Source: Octopus bimaculoides
Lineage: Eukaryota
NCBI RefSeq assembly: GCF_001194135.2
Contig: NC_068981.1
Location: forward strand, 125,456,422-125,520,421
DNA: 64,000 nucleotides
Direction of reading: 5' to 3'
This document shows, one piece after another, positions 12,168 through 24,034 of the stretch. The translations under genes were made by a program, and so were the position numbers. Numbering within the stretch: the first letter of the stretch is position 1; each line of letters starts with the position of its first letter. The notes below the pieces were generated by a model. It ran no database searches. It saw only the letters and a program-made list of their open reading frames with translations, and had not been told where the DNA came from.

Positions 12168-12914
12168 GTATAGACCAACTTCATTTGTTGCAATCCTTAC
12201 TATCATTGCAGAATCATTAAAGCACAAACAAAATACATTGCAGTTTTTCATCATGGCCTATTACATTCTGAGTTCAAATTCCAATGAGATCAACTTTTAA
12301 ATTTCATACTTACAGAGTCAATAAAACAGAGTACCAATCAAGTGCTGGTGGAGTGGGGACTTGAGGGTCAATGTAGTTAACTGTTCCCTTCCCTGAAATT
12401 TTTAGCCTCATGTTAGTTTAAAGAATCATTATATTCATAGATATAGCATCAGACATAGCTTATTCTTGGAGGTGTTATTAATGTCTCAGCTGTCCACTTT
12501 TTATGAACTAAGATGGTATGTTCTTTTCATGTCTTGAAGACTTTGCAGAGATTCCTTGCTCTGCCAAGCAATACTGTTTTTTGGGTATCCTCTATTTTCA
12601 TCACTATGCCTTTTTCCAACTAATTTTTTTAATGTCTTTGCTTACTGCACTTCGGGCACCAACAATTATTGGCACATTAATCAATTTTTCTACTTTTATT
12701 GACAATTCTACTGTTCCCAGAGCATACAGTGTCTATGATCATGTACAATTTTTTTCTTCTTTGTTTACCAGCATAATATTGAGTTTCCAGTGTTTGCTTC
12801 CATGATCACATGAGATCATGAAGTCCTAAAATATTTTTATTCAATCATTTTCGTACCCAACCCATTGGCTCATGTACATACCATTTTCTCTCCTCCTATT
12901 ATCATTATCATTAT

Positions 12915-13130
12915 AAGGCGGCAAGCTAGCAGAAGCTTTAGCACGCTGGACAAAATGCTTAGCAGTATTTTGCTCTTCGCTCCAATCTGAGTTCAAATTT
13001 ACACCGAGGTCAACTTTGTCTTTCATTCTTTCAGGATCAATAAAATAAGTACCAGTTTAACACTGGGGTCAAAGTAATCAACTTATCCCCTCCCCCAAAA
13101 TAGCTGCCCTTGTGGCAAAATTTGAAACCA
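12915..13130 (+). mobile_element. SINE family A
   Basis: AAGGCGGCAAGCTAGCAGAA head, GAGTTCAAAT B-box, TTTCATTCTTTCAGGATCAATAAAATAAGTACCAG core. Confidence 0.85.
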
Positions 13131-13138
13131 TCTTTATT

Positions 13139-13401
13139 AACTCTGTCTTCGCTAAGACAGGGATATTGTTGTCAGTCATGTTTGTTTGTTTGCAGGAAGC
13201 AGACATTAAAAAAATTAGAATACTAAAAATTAAGTAAAAAACAAGAAAAATAATCCAGAATCCTTGTCTGGTAGTGGATTAATCCCAAAATCTAATCAGT
13301 TTGTACTACTCAAGAACCACTGGATGGATTTGGATGAAACTTTCAGGGATGTTTGGCCTCATGAGTAGCACGAACTGATTAGATTTTGGGATTGATCCAC
13401 T
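13139..13401. mobile_element. Non-autonomous element, Helentron/HINE-like architecture
   Basis: 5' hairpin CTGTCTT-CGCT-AAGACAG, (GTTT)n tract, and ~28-bp inverted repeats GTGGATTAATCCCAAAATCTAATCAGTT / AACTGATTAGATTTTGGGATTGATCCAC. The class assignment is inference. Confidence 0.45.
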
Positions 13402-13799
13402 ATATATATATATAAATATATATATATAAATATAACGTGAGAGAGTTAGGGGTTGGGGGTTCAACCCACTAAGGGATAGTATCAATCCAGTATACTGTTG
13501 GGAGGGTACCCAATTATTGCTACACTAGTGCTATACTAAGTGCAATCAATGGGAGCGGGTAAAAGTAGAGGTTTTACCCCAAATTTGTATAACAATTAGA
13601 AAATGGAGGATAATATGCTGAACCCAACTACTTGCAGACAATGTATCCCGTTGAATTCATTAATTTAATTCATAGCAAAAGTGACAAAAAAAGAAAGAAA
13701 AAGAAAGAAAGAACCAAAGCACAGGTGTCTATGGCAGACTATGTTATTTTGCCAACCTGGTTTACATATAGAAGTACAAAGTACATAAGGAATTAGAGG

Positions 13800-14549
13800 A
13801 TGAACAGAAGTTTAATCTTACAGCTGTTTCGGCCTAGTTTTAGCAAATATCCGAATATTCCTTGCCGGAGTGATTATCAGATGACATTCCCAGTCATAAA
13901 CACACACAAGGTTAGATTATGGTTCTCAAACACAAAAGATATCTCACAAATAATATCTACACATAATAATAGACCATTAAATACGTATTCAGGTACTGAT
14001 AGCAATAACATTAATTCCGACAATACAAACCATCACCATTATAACAATAACAACACAGATAATAACCTAAATAACAATAATTATAATAAGAAAAATAATA
14101 ATAATAATTACTACAACAACATTATTATTTCAGAAGTTAATAACAACAGAATAAGTATTTTAAGTGAAAATGCGAAATTCAAGAACACTGTATATCAATG
14201 CAAAGTCACCACCTCTACCAATGTATTTTTTTACATAGGTTGCTCCTCTTCACAGATATCTAGAAAAATCTCAAACCATTATTCTACATTTAGGGATAGA
14301 AATAAACGCAACAGCACGGGACTTAGTAAGTTAATTTGGGAACTTAAGGATAACAATAAGCAATTTAATCTAGACTGGTTAATTCTTTCCACATCAATAC
14401 CATACGATAAAGGTAAGGAATTTTGCCCGTTATGTAATATGGAACTGTTCTCCATTTTGTTCTCGAAGAATAAACTGGTTAACACGATTATTGAAAGAGC
14501 ATATAGATGTAAACATTGGCAAAGACATACATTTAGTTCATATAAGTAA
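13800..14549 (+). CDS. Penelope-type GIY-YIG endonuclease, 249 aa, no RT
   Basis: NTVYQCKV..FFYIGCS..SNHYSTF..STGLSKLIWELK..W.IL..PY..CPLCNMEL..LVN..RCKH. The N-terminal LFRPSFSK...VRLWFSNTKDISQIISTHNNRPL matches the PLE post-RT linker (WFNPPFSK...VKVSYSC..N..II..HN..L). Confidence 0.88.
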   Translation: MNRSLILQLFRPSFSKYPNIPCRSDYQMTFPVINTHKVRLWFSNTKDISQIISTHNNRPLNTYSGTDSNNINSDNTNHHHYNNNNTDNNLNNNNYNKKNNNNNYYNNIIISEVNNNRISILSENAKFKNTVYQCKVTTSTNVFFYIGCSSSQISRKISNHYSTFRDRNKRNSTGLSKLIWELKDNNKQFNLDWLILSTSIPYDKGKEFCPLCNMELFSILFSKNKLVNTIIERAYRCKHWQRHTFSSYK

Positions 14550-15491
14550 CTCCTCCAACTTTATATAACTGGTACAACTTATCTATTTATTTATTTACTT
14601 ACATACTTCAAATTATACAAGTTAATTATACCATTATATGTTATCTGAAAACTTTCTATCTTTTGAATCCAAATTAGGACATCCAGCACTTCTATATAAC
14701 ATGAACTTAAACATTACTTTCAATATAACATAACATCAACATTACTTTCAACAATGATCAATACGATGGGACTCCACAACTATATTCTTTTGATTTCATT
14801 GCTCCTTCTTACTTCCTTCTCCCTTCAAAAAATATATAAATATTTTTTTTTTCCAACATTATTACATATAACATACTGCTCTACACAAAATAGAATCCTT
14901 TACTTTATTTTATTCATAAGTATATCCTTGCATCAACACCTATCGAGCGTGGATATTGAAGTAAAATTTGGTACAAACATTAACTTCGTTCAAACAAGTA
15001 ATTTTTTAACTCCATTAATTCTTTAACTTTCCCCTTCTAATTTCCATTCCATTTAATAACACACTCTCTCTCTTTAGATCAACAAAGCATTGATCACCTT
15101 TATATATTGTTAAAACACTTGATCTCTTACTAGTATACACAAGCATCATTTTCCTATATAAATATTATCATTACCTTTATTACCACACGATTATCGTGTG
15201 TGTGTATATATATGTCAATACTACAAGCATAAATACATGATTATTTCCCTTTTACATTTCCATTACACAGAAAATACTTTTCTTTCAACTTTAATCTGGT
15301 TTATAAATTATTCTATCTACTTTCCACTCCAGATTCTAATTTTCTCTTTTTTTCCTCCTTTTCTTCCTTCCTCGTCCAACATACTGTCTTGTATTTCCAA
15401 TGGTTTTTTCAAATAAGCTATGTAGCATTCTTCTCTACACGCAGTTGTCACATTCGGTAATAATGTCTTACGGTTGAGTTGATTTTTATGC

Positions 15492-15581
15492 ATTTCCCTG
15501 AAGAGAAGATTACATCTTTCTCAACATCATTCATTCCTTTGGAATGAACCAATTGTAATCTTCAAAACATATGTCGGAAAT
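15492..15581 (+). ncRNA. Type I hammerhead ribozyme with a single core lesion (G12 to A)
   Basis: AUUUCC-CUGAAGA-GAAGAUUACA..UGUAAUCUUC-aAAAC-AUAU-GUC-GGAAAU. Stem I is 6 bp, stem II is 10 bp, and helix III ACAUAUGU is palindromic. Confidence 0.85.
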
Positions 15582-15785
15582 AAAAGAAATCATTTAATAC
15601 ATGCGTATAACTCCATTTATTTAAACTTATATTTATTCAATATACCTCAAATTAACAGGGAGTTTCTACCTCATAAACAGGAGTTACAGCAAAGTTATTT
15701 TGTGGACTTTGCTACCCTGGTAACTATTAACCATTTTTTTTTGTCAGAGTTAATTATTAAGAGAAAATAAATACATATAATTAAA

Positions 15786-15823
<38 letters not shown>

Positions 15824-15838
15824 TATATACATATATAT
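15786..15838. repeat. (TA)n microsatellite
   Basis: Imperfect TA run between two HHR-bearing elements. Confidence 0.95.
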
Positions 15839-15839
15839 A

Positions 15840-16520
15840 GGTATAATTTAGAGGTGTTTAAAACCTCTAGGTGATGGTTAAATTCAAAGGTGCTCCTGGT
15901 GATTACTTGCATAGGTACAGTCATTGGTAAAAGGTATACAGTAGCAGGTAATTCAGTGGGTAAACTGTAGTTTAAATTATATACAAGAAGAAAATGGAGA
16001 AAAAATAACAGGAAGAAGTTGGTCGTTTGTGCTAGTAAGCCATTAATTTAATTAATTAATAAAGAAAAGTGGTAGTAATAGTGCATTTACAATCGTTTCT
16101 GTTTACCAGTCGTAGTGGTAGACGTCATCAGAATGCAGAGTCATATGTAGAGGTAAGAACAGCGAAAGACATAGGGATACATTGGTAATGAGAATAAAGA
16201 CAAAGTATGGTTCGTCTTACATTATAGTTGATTTCTTAGTTGATAATTCTACTGTGAAGTGGATGTAGGATAGAAGTTATTTTGATCTGTTTTCAATGTG
16301 TTTATTCTGGGTAGACTTTTCACTGGCGGTGTAAAGGGAGCTAACTATATCCGGATTACTCAGTCTGGGGTGAGTAAGGAATTTATGTGTCTTTGGGACT
16401 TAAAGTTGTAGGAAGTTCGTAGTAATGGAGGAAGTTTGTAGTAATGGAGGAAGTCCTGTGTAGGTGCAAAATAATTTACTAGGGGGTGTGTAAACTGAAA
16501 CAAGTAAAAGAGTATACACA
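15840..16520 (-). mobile_element. Second PLE/retrozyme-like element (non-coding, HHR-bearing)
   Basis: Minus-strand HHR at 16082-16137. Bounded by TA/TG microsatellites. Boundaries are approximate. Confidence 0.55.
16082..16137 (-). ncRNA. Type I hammerhead ribozyme motif
   Basis: UGCAUU-CUGAUGA-CGUcUACCA-cuacgac-UGGUAAACa-GAAAC-gauu-GUA-AAUGCA. Stem I is 6 bp; stem II is 9 bp with 2 mismatches. Confidence 0.8.
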
Positions 16521-16521
16521 T

Positions 16522-16534
16522 ATGTGTATGTGGA

Positions 16535-16625
<91 letters not shown>

Positions 16626-16640
16626 ATATACACACATACA
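16522..16640. repeat. Compound (TG)/(TA)n/(TG)n microsatellite
   Basis: Direct reading of the sequence. Confidence 0.95.
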
Positions 16641-16799
16641 CATCTGTAAGCATGTGTGCTTGTGTTTATGTCAGTGAGTTCACATTTCCCTTGTGTTCAC
16701 TCATTTGAAACCAATGACTTCCTGACAGTGTCATTAGCTTGCAGTCTAACATGAATGTATGCCTTGGCTTATGTGGCATGTCTTGACATGTTATGTAAT

Positions 16800-16960
16800 C
16801 TTCGTAAACAAAACACTCACATCTATTGTACAATGTCATTGTAAAAAATAAACAATCACATCACTGAAATCTCAAACCTATAAGACAATATATGATAAAT
16901 TCAAAGCAATATGAATAAACAAACATTATATTTGACAGAATAATCTGAATGCTAAAGGTT
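16800..16960. mobile_element. Partial copy of piggyBac-type MITE family 2
   Basis: Ends ...TTGACAGAATAATCTGAATGCTAAAGGTTTAA, matching 63243-63438. Confidence 0.6.
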
Positions 16961-17008
16961 TAAAGAGAAAGTTGGCTGTTGTTTCTAGCAAGACAAACTA
17001 TTGCATAG

Positions 17009-17155
17009 AGCAGTGCTCTGCAACCTTTTTTCACTTGCAGTACACTTATTTTCTTTTCAAATTTCGGCAGTACACCTGAACTAAAAGTATAGGGAAAATA
17101 TTATATTCACATTACACTGTGGCACACCAGTGTGCTGCAGCATACTGGTATAGAG
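17009..17155. mobile_element. Degenerate hAT-type MITE
   Basis: CAGTGCTCTGCAACCTTTTT start and GGCACACCAGTGTGC near the end. Confidence 0.4.
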
Positions 17156-17444
17156 GAATCTTTATTTGGTTCCTCTATTCTTTAATGCAGTGCTTACAAA
17201 ATGTCATAAATCTACACTTCACCCCTTCAACCTTAATACCCCTTAATCTATTAAAATGCTACATTATATTACAGTTTGGGTTCACTGGAATTCAATATTT
17301 TGCTCACCTTCCTACTTCCACAAACACAACAAAATAGAGCAGTTAACACTAAACAAAGTGAAACCAATAATTAATTTCATATCTTATTAGAAACTTTATA
17401 AATGCTACTACATTTCATACAATATTTCAACATAGGTGAAGGTG

Positions 17445-17653
17445 GATGGGAGGCACAATCATTAGTATGTCAGGAAAAATGGTTAGTGATATTATGTCTG
17501 TCTTTATGATATGTGTTCAAATTCTACCAAGATTGACTTTGCCCTTTGTCTTTTTGGGGTCAATAAAATAAGTACCAGTTGAACACTAAGAATGGTGTAA
17601 TCAACTTACTCCTTCTCTAAAATTGCTGGCCTTGTTCCAAAATTTGAAACCAA
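17445..17653 (+). mobile_element. SINE family A
   Basis: GTTCAAATTC, GGGGTCAATAAAATAAGTACCAG and AATTTGAAACCAAT tail. Confidence 0.75.
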
Positions 17654-17999
17654 TATTTCAACATAGGCTAATATTCCACTTTAGAAACTACAGCTTATTG
17701 AAAAAGAAGTCTTTTATCTGTTCCATCAACCATTCTTGTAAGCAAATTTTAAAAAAGCTTTCTGGTATAGCATCAAGTTTATAATTAAAGTAACCTAAAT
17801 TTTTTCCTTCCATTTTCACAATCAGAATCTCCCATCATACCCACATTTAAATCCTACAATCCTTTCTATACCAACACACCTGAGACTACTTTAGTTGTGA
17901 TATAAAACTTCTCATTTTAACTATTTATATTTATGTTAAAACCTTCAATAATAATTTTGGATAAAAGACCTTTTAAGTTTTATGTTCCAAACAGGCTTA

Positions 18000-18550
18000 G
18001 TAATTCTTTCTACTAATGAAAGCCTGAAATTTTGGAGAAGGGGATGATCAATTACACTGACCCCAATGCTTGACTGGTACTTAATTTTATTGACCCTGAA
18101 AGGATGAAAGGCAAAGTCAACCTCAGTGGAATTTGATCACAGAATGTAACGAGTAAAGATGCTTTTCAGTTACGAATGACCATGAGATTGCATCTAGAAA
18201 GTTACCCTCTGAGGTAGAAGTCCAAGCAAGCAAGGTTGTTTATGGAAGACCAGCATGCATACCAGCCTCCCCTCTTCATGTCACCGATGTTGTCCACGGG
18301 AAAGGCAAAGGCTGATACAGCTTGGCACCAGTGACATTGCAACTCATTTCTACAGCTGAATAAACTGGAGCAATGTGAAATAAAGTGTCTTGCTCAAGAA
18401 CACAGCACACAGCCCAATCCGGGAATCGAACTCACTACCACATGATTGTGATCCCAACACTCTAACCACTGAGCCATGCACACAGAATGTAAACCTGTAA
18501 CAAATGCTGTTAAACAGTTTGTCCAATATGCTAACAATTGTACCAATTCA
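18000..18550 (-). mobile_element. SINE family A interrupted by a family E SINE
   Basis: Family A tail and core at 18000-18149; head resumes at 18481-18550. Confidence 0.75.
18150..18480 (-). mobile_element. tRNA-derived SINE family E with 12-bp TSD
   Basis: Head TGCATGGCTCAGTGGTTAGAG...GAGTTCGATTCCCGG. TSD CACAGAATGTAA at 18138-18149 and 18481-18492. Confidence 0.9.
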
Positions 18551-19308
18551 CTATGAAACATATTTAGTAATGACAAAGCTATTTTCCTGAATTGCACATC
18601 TCAATTGTATTTCAAAATAACTTGAAACACATTCATAGAGTATTTTCTTAGAAATATGATTATAAAGAAGGTATAAAGGACAAGCTAAATTAATTTAAAT
18701 ATTCCAACATTTCTACCCCCAATCATACAGCTTTATTAGTTGCACTTTAAAACTCAAACCATGGTGTGTTTAAACCATGGGATGCAGCATGGCAGATGTG
18801 AACTATTTCAGCAAATGAACTTATTGAATCAATGGCAAATACCACTAGATGCTGAGCAATCTGTAGTTGTGGCATGCACAGATGAGATATTTTAGCTAGC
18901 AAAAGACTAATGTGACACTAAAACTAAAGCTAGACATTCATGCTCCATTGCTCAATCGAGATGTCTCATATGGAAGAGTTACATAGGTCAGAGCAAGTCA
19001 CCCAGCCAAATGATGAAAATAATGATAGTATTTAAAACTGACAGATATCAAGGGCAAGTTCACCTTTTAACCAGTTTGGTTTACAATGCATACAGCAATA
19101 AATTGTTTATAAATTAAATTTACTTTGCATACTAACAGTAAAGGAAAAATATGTTACATCTATTAATTAATATAATTACTTTTATGAGGCTAATTCTATT
19201 AACTTCACTTAGAATTTAAGAAAGAAGCCTAATCATGTAAAAAACATAAAAACAATTTAACATTAATCTGAAGGACTACTCTGCTTTTTAGTAGAGTACA
19301 TGTTTAGT

Positions 19309-19452
19309 AAACTTTTACAAAGAAAAGGTTGATAGTAACTTTGAAGTCTAAACTTACTTCTTTGCATTCATCAGATTGTTGTGTCTGCAATCTGATGAAG
19401 GCAAGCACCTGAAACTTCAAAGTCACTGTCAACCTTTTCCTTGTGTAAGTTT
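19309..19452. mobile_element. Head-to-head inverted HHR-bearing repeat (PLE pLTR-like hairpin)
   Basis: AAACTTTTACAAAGAAAAGGTTGATAGTAACTTTGAAGT mirrors ACTTCAAAGTCACTGTCAACCTTTTCCTTGTGTAAGTTT. Inner TTCATCAGATTG pairs with CAATCTGATGAA. Confidence 0.75.
19387..19429 (+). ncRNA. Minimal type I hammerhead ribozyme
   Basis: GCAAU-CUGAUGA-AGG-caagca-CCU-GAAAC-uucaaa-GUC-ACUGU. Core is intact; stem I has one mismatch. Confidence 0.7.
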
Positions 19453-20326
19453 AATGTGTGTGTGTGTGTATGTGTAAGTGTATATAACTTCTAGATCCTG
19501 GCACTGTGCCTTCATAGTCATTAAAGATTTAATAATATCTATGTGTATATCCTTTTACTGTTATAGAATTGTATGACCTCTGATTCTCTACAAAGAATAT
19601 CCCAACTCCACCCAATGAGTTCTACATTAGGATGCAACTGGAGAAGCTTATCAAATTGCTCAAGATGAAAAGCATTTTTCGATAATCCTGGAAGGATGAA
19701 ATGCAAAGTTGACTTCAACAGAGCCAGAAATACTACAAGGCACCTTATGATAATAACTTATAAATAATAAATAAAAGATAAGATAATTACATTGGCAAAG
19801 TTGTTAGAACATCTTATCCAATGCCGTACTAATCCACTGCACTAAACTAGGACTTTATCAAAGCCAAGAGGATGAAAAGTAAAATTGACCTCAGTGGGAA
19901 TAAATGCTACAAAGCATTTTAACTAATATTGTAATTACTCTTCCAGTTCACTGCTTTGATTCACTGCAGCGGTTATTATGTCTTAAGAAATCACAGTTTG
20001 GTTTTGCAAAATTGAAATTTACAAATGGATACATCAGATAAAACGAACCATTCACTGTAAAATGGATCATGGACTTTACTACTAGATTAACACAACCTGT
20101 AGGTGTTAATAGTTTTATTCATGTCTAACTGAGGTTATAATCTCTCTCACATAGATATCACATCAATGAAAGGATATACTCTGCTTGAATAAATAACTCA
20201 TAACTGAGTATTATTCCTTAGAAAATACATCATCAAACAAGACTGGATTCATTAAAACTTTTCAGCATAATATGTTCAAGTAACTTGCAAAAGTTATTGC
20301 AGTTATTTCAGTAACATGCTCTAGAC

Positions 20327-20669
20327 TAGGGCTGGGCTGTATGCGGCCCGCAGACTTTTATCTTGCGGCCTGCTTGATTTTTTCTTGAAATGGGTTTATT
20401 TAATCAAACATTTTAAAAATCTTAACAAAAATTAAGGATTGTAATGAAAAGTACAAAAGAAAAATACTACTGTTTTTGCAACAATAATATTTCAAATTGA
20501 ATCAATGATCATTCATTCGTTATTGTAATAATAGCATGAGAAAGCAAAATGTTTCCAATTCTGTCAGCAGTGATTATTTGACTATTAGTGCATCAAGTAT
20601 ACAAGTAGCCCTCAAAAAACTTTCTGTGATTAAAGTGGCCCTCAATGTAATTCGAGTTGGTCAGGCCTG
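20327..20669. mobile_element. hAT-Charlie-type MITE
   Basis: TAGGGCTGGGC..TGCGGCCCGC...TGGCCCTC..GAGTTGGTCAGGCCTG, with 8-bp TSD CTCTAGAC/CTCTAGAG. Confidence 0.8.
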
Positions 20670-20780
20670 CTCTAGAGTCTCGTTTCTTTATAGCTACAAG
20701 AAGATGAACTTTCAGACTAAGTTCCTTCCTTCATATATGCAACCATATTGATAAAATACTCAGGTTTCCTATTGCATTAA

Positions 20781-21001
20781 CCCTTTCGTTACTGTATTTA
20801 TTTTGAGATGCTCTGTGTTTCTTTCAGTTACTGTAAATGTAACAAAGAATTCAGTAAAATAACTTAGCTAAATAATTCAGTTAGTGTTAGGAACATAAAT
20901 TGTGACTAAGGTTTGGTGGGAGATTTTAATTCAGAACTTATGAAACAAGACATTTGTACTCAGAGCCAGACCCAGTTTCAACCAGGTTGATAACAAAAGG
21001 G
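20781..21001. mobile_element. piggyBac-type MITE family 1
   Basis: TTAA|CCCTTTCGTTAC...TAACAAAAGGG|TTAA. Inverted sister copy at 47794-47999. Confidence 0.85.
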
Positions 21002-21949
21002 TTAAAATAGTATTTTAATGTAATATTAGTTTTCTTATTTTTAAAATCAATGAAGCAAAATACAATAAAGCTATAGATTTAGAGTAGACCTTTGGTCATG
21101 TCTATGCTAAAAACACATATATGATGAGAAATAATATATCAGACACTTGACAACTAAAGCAATATTGTAATCACTTTCCTTGCCATTAAATCTACTGAAA
21201 CAATTTTTCATTGAACACATTCCATTGAAAAACAGCAACTATTTCTGTGATCATCAAATACTTATCAGTTACTGCTTAAACTGTTAAGTTTCAATATAAT
21301 TAAAAATTAGCAAACCTAACAAACTATTAGCATTTCTCTGAAATATAGTCGAGGATCGATACATCTTATGACACTAATCTTTATCACAAGATAATGCTGT
21401 ATAAGTGTAAACAGAAGTTGCCTGGCAAGACAAGAGTCTTAGGAATCTGAATTAAATTCTTGTCAAGAGTACACCTTTCATCTTAACAATAAAGATATTA
21501 CTTTAATTACTAAGAAAAAGAAGGATTAGCATTTCTATTTTTAGGTAGTTGTTAAAATAATTAATAGCAACAGACAGGTATGATATATCTGTAAATATTT
21601 AATTTGTATCCAACATCTGTTGGATACAACAATTTCAAATCTGTTCCAAAATACAGCCATACTATCTTCAAAAATGACTAGTCTTCCACAACAGAATTCA
21701 CATTATAGTAGCTAACACAATTTGTCCTTACTACCGCAAAGGAGTGTGATATTTCTCCTCATACAGTCAATATGTATAAGCCAATCACGAAATACCATTT
21801 ACAATTGATATGGGAAATATTTTTCTCAAAGTAGCTTGCAACATAAATATAATTATTTTTTTCTTTCTAATAATTGTCTTAATTATATTTTCTTAGATCT
21901 CCACAAGTTTTATCTTTTATACTAATCTCACTACAATTAACATGTTTTG

Positions 21950-22450
21950 ATATGTCTCCTTCATGTTGGTGTAGACTGAGTGTGGTTACCATACACCATA
22001 TCATTATACTGGTCTTGGTCATTTCTTATTTCATCAAAGAAGTTCCAAATTCAGAGATATGAACTTTCTTCTTCTTATATGTTCCTCAGTCTTCCCTTAT
22101 GAGTTCTCTCCACTAACAGCATACAACATTTTTTCTCTCCGCACCTCCATCACCTGTCCATATCCCTACATTGACTAATACCTTTACAAATAAGCTCTTT
22201 TCTCAGCTCACTTGTACTCTGCCTTTCATGCAAGTTAACACTGTACATCCAATGAATCATACCAAACTCTGTTGATTATGTCTGAAGAACTTCCTATCTA
22301 AGTTATTCAACTACAGACGCCATCAATCTCTCATCTTTTATGTCAGAAGTTCTCTGTCAAGTTGCCAGCCATATTGCAATGTAATTCACTGCAATATGTG
22401 TTAATAGAGTTCTCTTCAACCTCCATTGAACCATCTCTGGTGAAAGTTTA
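21950..22450 (-). mobile_element. Degenerate RTE LINE 3' end
   Basis: Minus-strand remnants of the WYGHV and VEG.R.RGRP.KTW-like motifs. Confidence 0.4.
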
Positions 22451-23296
22451 GTTACATTTACCATACAATGACAATCTAATCTTCTTTAAGAACATCAAGA
22501 CAGAATTGTTACAGATACTTGTATTTAGAAAAGAGCCTTGCACCACACTTTAACAAAACAGTTTGAGCCCTCAAAATCACTACAAATCTTTGATGATTTT
22601 TCATGACAACCTAACATATATAATACCCCAATCATTTCACATATTCTTTTGAACAATTCAAAATTAATTTACTCAATTTATCTATATTAAACTTCCTTAA
22701 GTTACTTGGTCTGTTTCTTAATCTAAAAATTGTTATTCATAGATTAAGAAAGAAACCTAATTATTTTATTTTATATATTTTTATATATATAATGCTCAAT
22801 ATATATTTAATGATTTAGTATTCCAACTGGTTAAACCAGTCTATAATAAATACAATGCTGTGGTTCAAACAACCACACCCTGCTTTGGTTATACTTTGTA
22901 GATAGATAAATATATTTAGACTACTAATGCAACATGTAATTACATGACATATAAGAGAGATAATCTTCAAAAGCTATGTAGCATAAGTATCTACAGTCAA
23001 GATCATTTATACAGTACATATGTGTGTGTGCTTGTGTGTGTTTGTATGTATTTTTTTTATGTGTGACAGAAGCAGTATTAATTTCAAATAGTAATCTATG
23101 TATCATACATAAAGCAGACACATCATTGAAAGCCTAATCAACTGTGGTATTCCTCCTGAAATAGTGCCTCTCATAGATGTATGGTGTTTGGTATATTTTC
23201 ATGTTTTTAACACAATATATGTATAAGAGATACTATCTTAGAACAAATTCCAGTTACTTAGACTTTCAATGATATATCTGCTTTAAGTAGGGTACA

Positions 23297-23299
<3 letters not shown>

Positions 23300-23388
<89 letters not shown>

Positions 23389-23400
23389 AACACACACATT
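23300..23400. repeat. (CT)n(TA)n(CA)n microsatellite
   Basis: Direct reading of the sequence. Confidence 0.95.
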
Positions 23401-24034
23401 ATGCACAACACTGTGCATCAGAAGGACTGAAATTAATTGAAATATTAGAAAACCTAGTTGTGATAGAAATATTTAGAATATAACCACATTCTTTCTATGC
23501 CTTGATGTGCAGAAAAAATGAAGGGAGAATCTCTGGACAGACCGCTTCACAGTTTGCTAAATACACCTCAAAGAAGATATATCCAGTTTGCTTCCCTAAT
23601 CAACAGCATAAAATATTCAACTGTTATATAAAGCAGTTGTAAATGAGTTTATTGCCATAATGGATAACTTAATTTGCATATTTGTGCTTTTGAAGGCTTG
23701 TCATTAATTAAACAACACATATTTTATGCACAACAAAATGTGAATCAGAATGACTGAAATATATTTAAATATTAGAAATCTTTGTTTATATGCAAGCATA
23801 GGATGGATGTAGATGTAGATTTACTGTAGAGACAAGCTGCCATTTGTGTCGCAAAACCTCACTTGTATCCAAGCTAGGTAACATTTCCCCATGGTCAGAC
23901 ATGTCCTTGCAAAATAATGGAAATGAATGATACAACTTGTATGACAGTGACAGTCATTTACAACCATTATGCAATGTAAAGACAAAGGGACACAAACTGA
24001 TACTCACTCTCAAACACACACACACACACACATA

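Larger units (their letters stand above)
13434..15785 (+). mobile_element. Penelope-like element lacking RT (GIY-YIG ORF plus 3' hammerhead), in (TA)n
   Basis: PLE-type endonuclease ORF, HHR at 15492-15581, (TA)n on both sides, and a left 174 bp repeated at 56263-56436. Confidence 0.75.

Noticed and set aside
16360-16677. HTHT/YIYI/CVCV ORFs here and elsewhere
   Set aside because: Translations of dinucleotide microsatellites.
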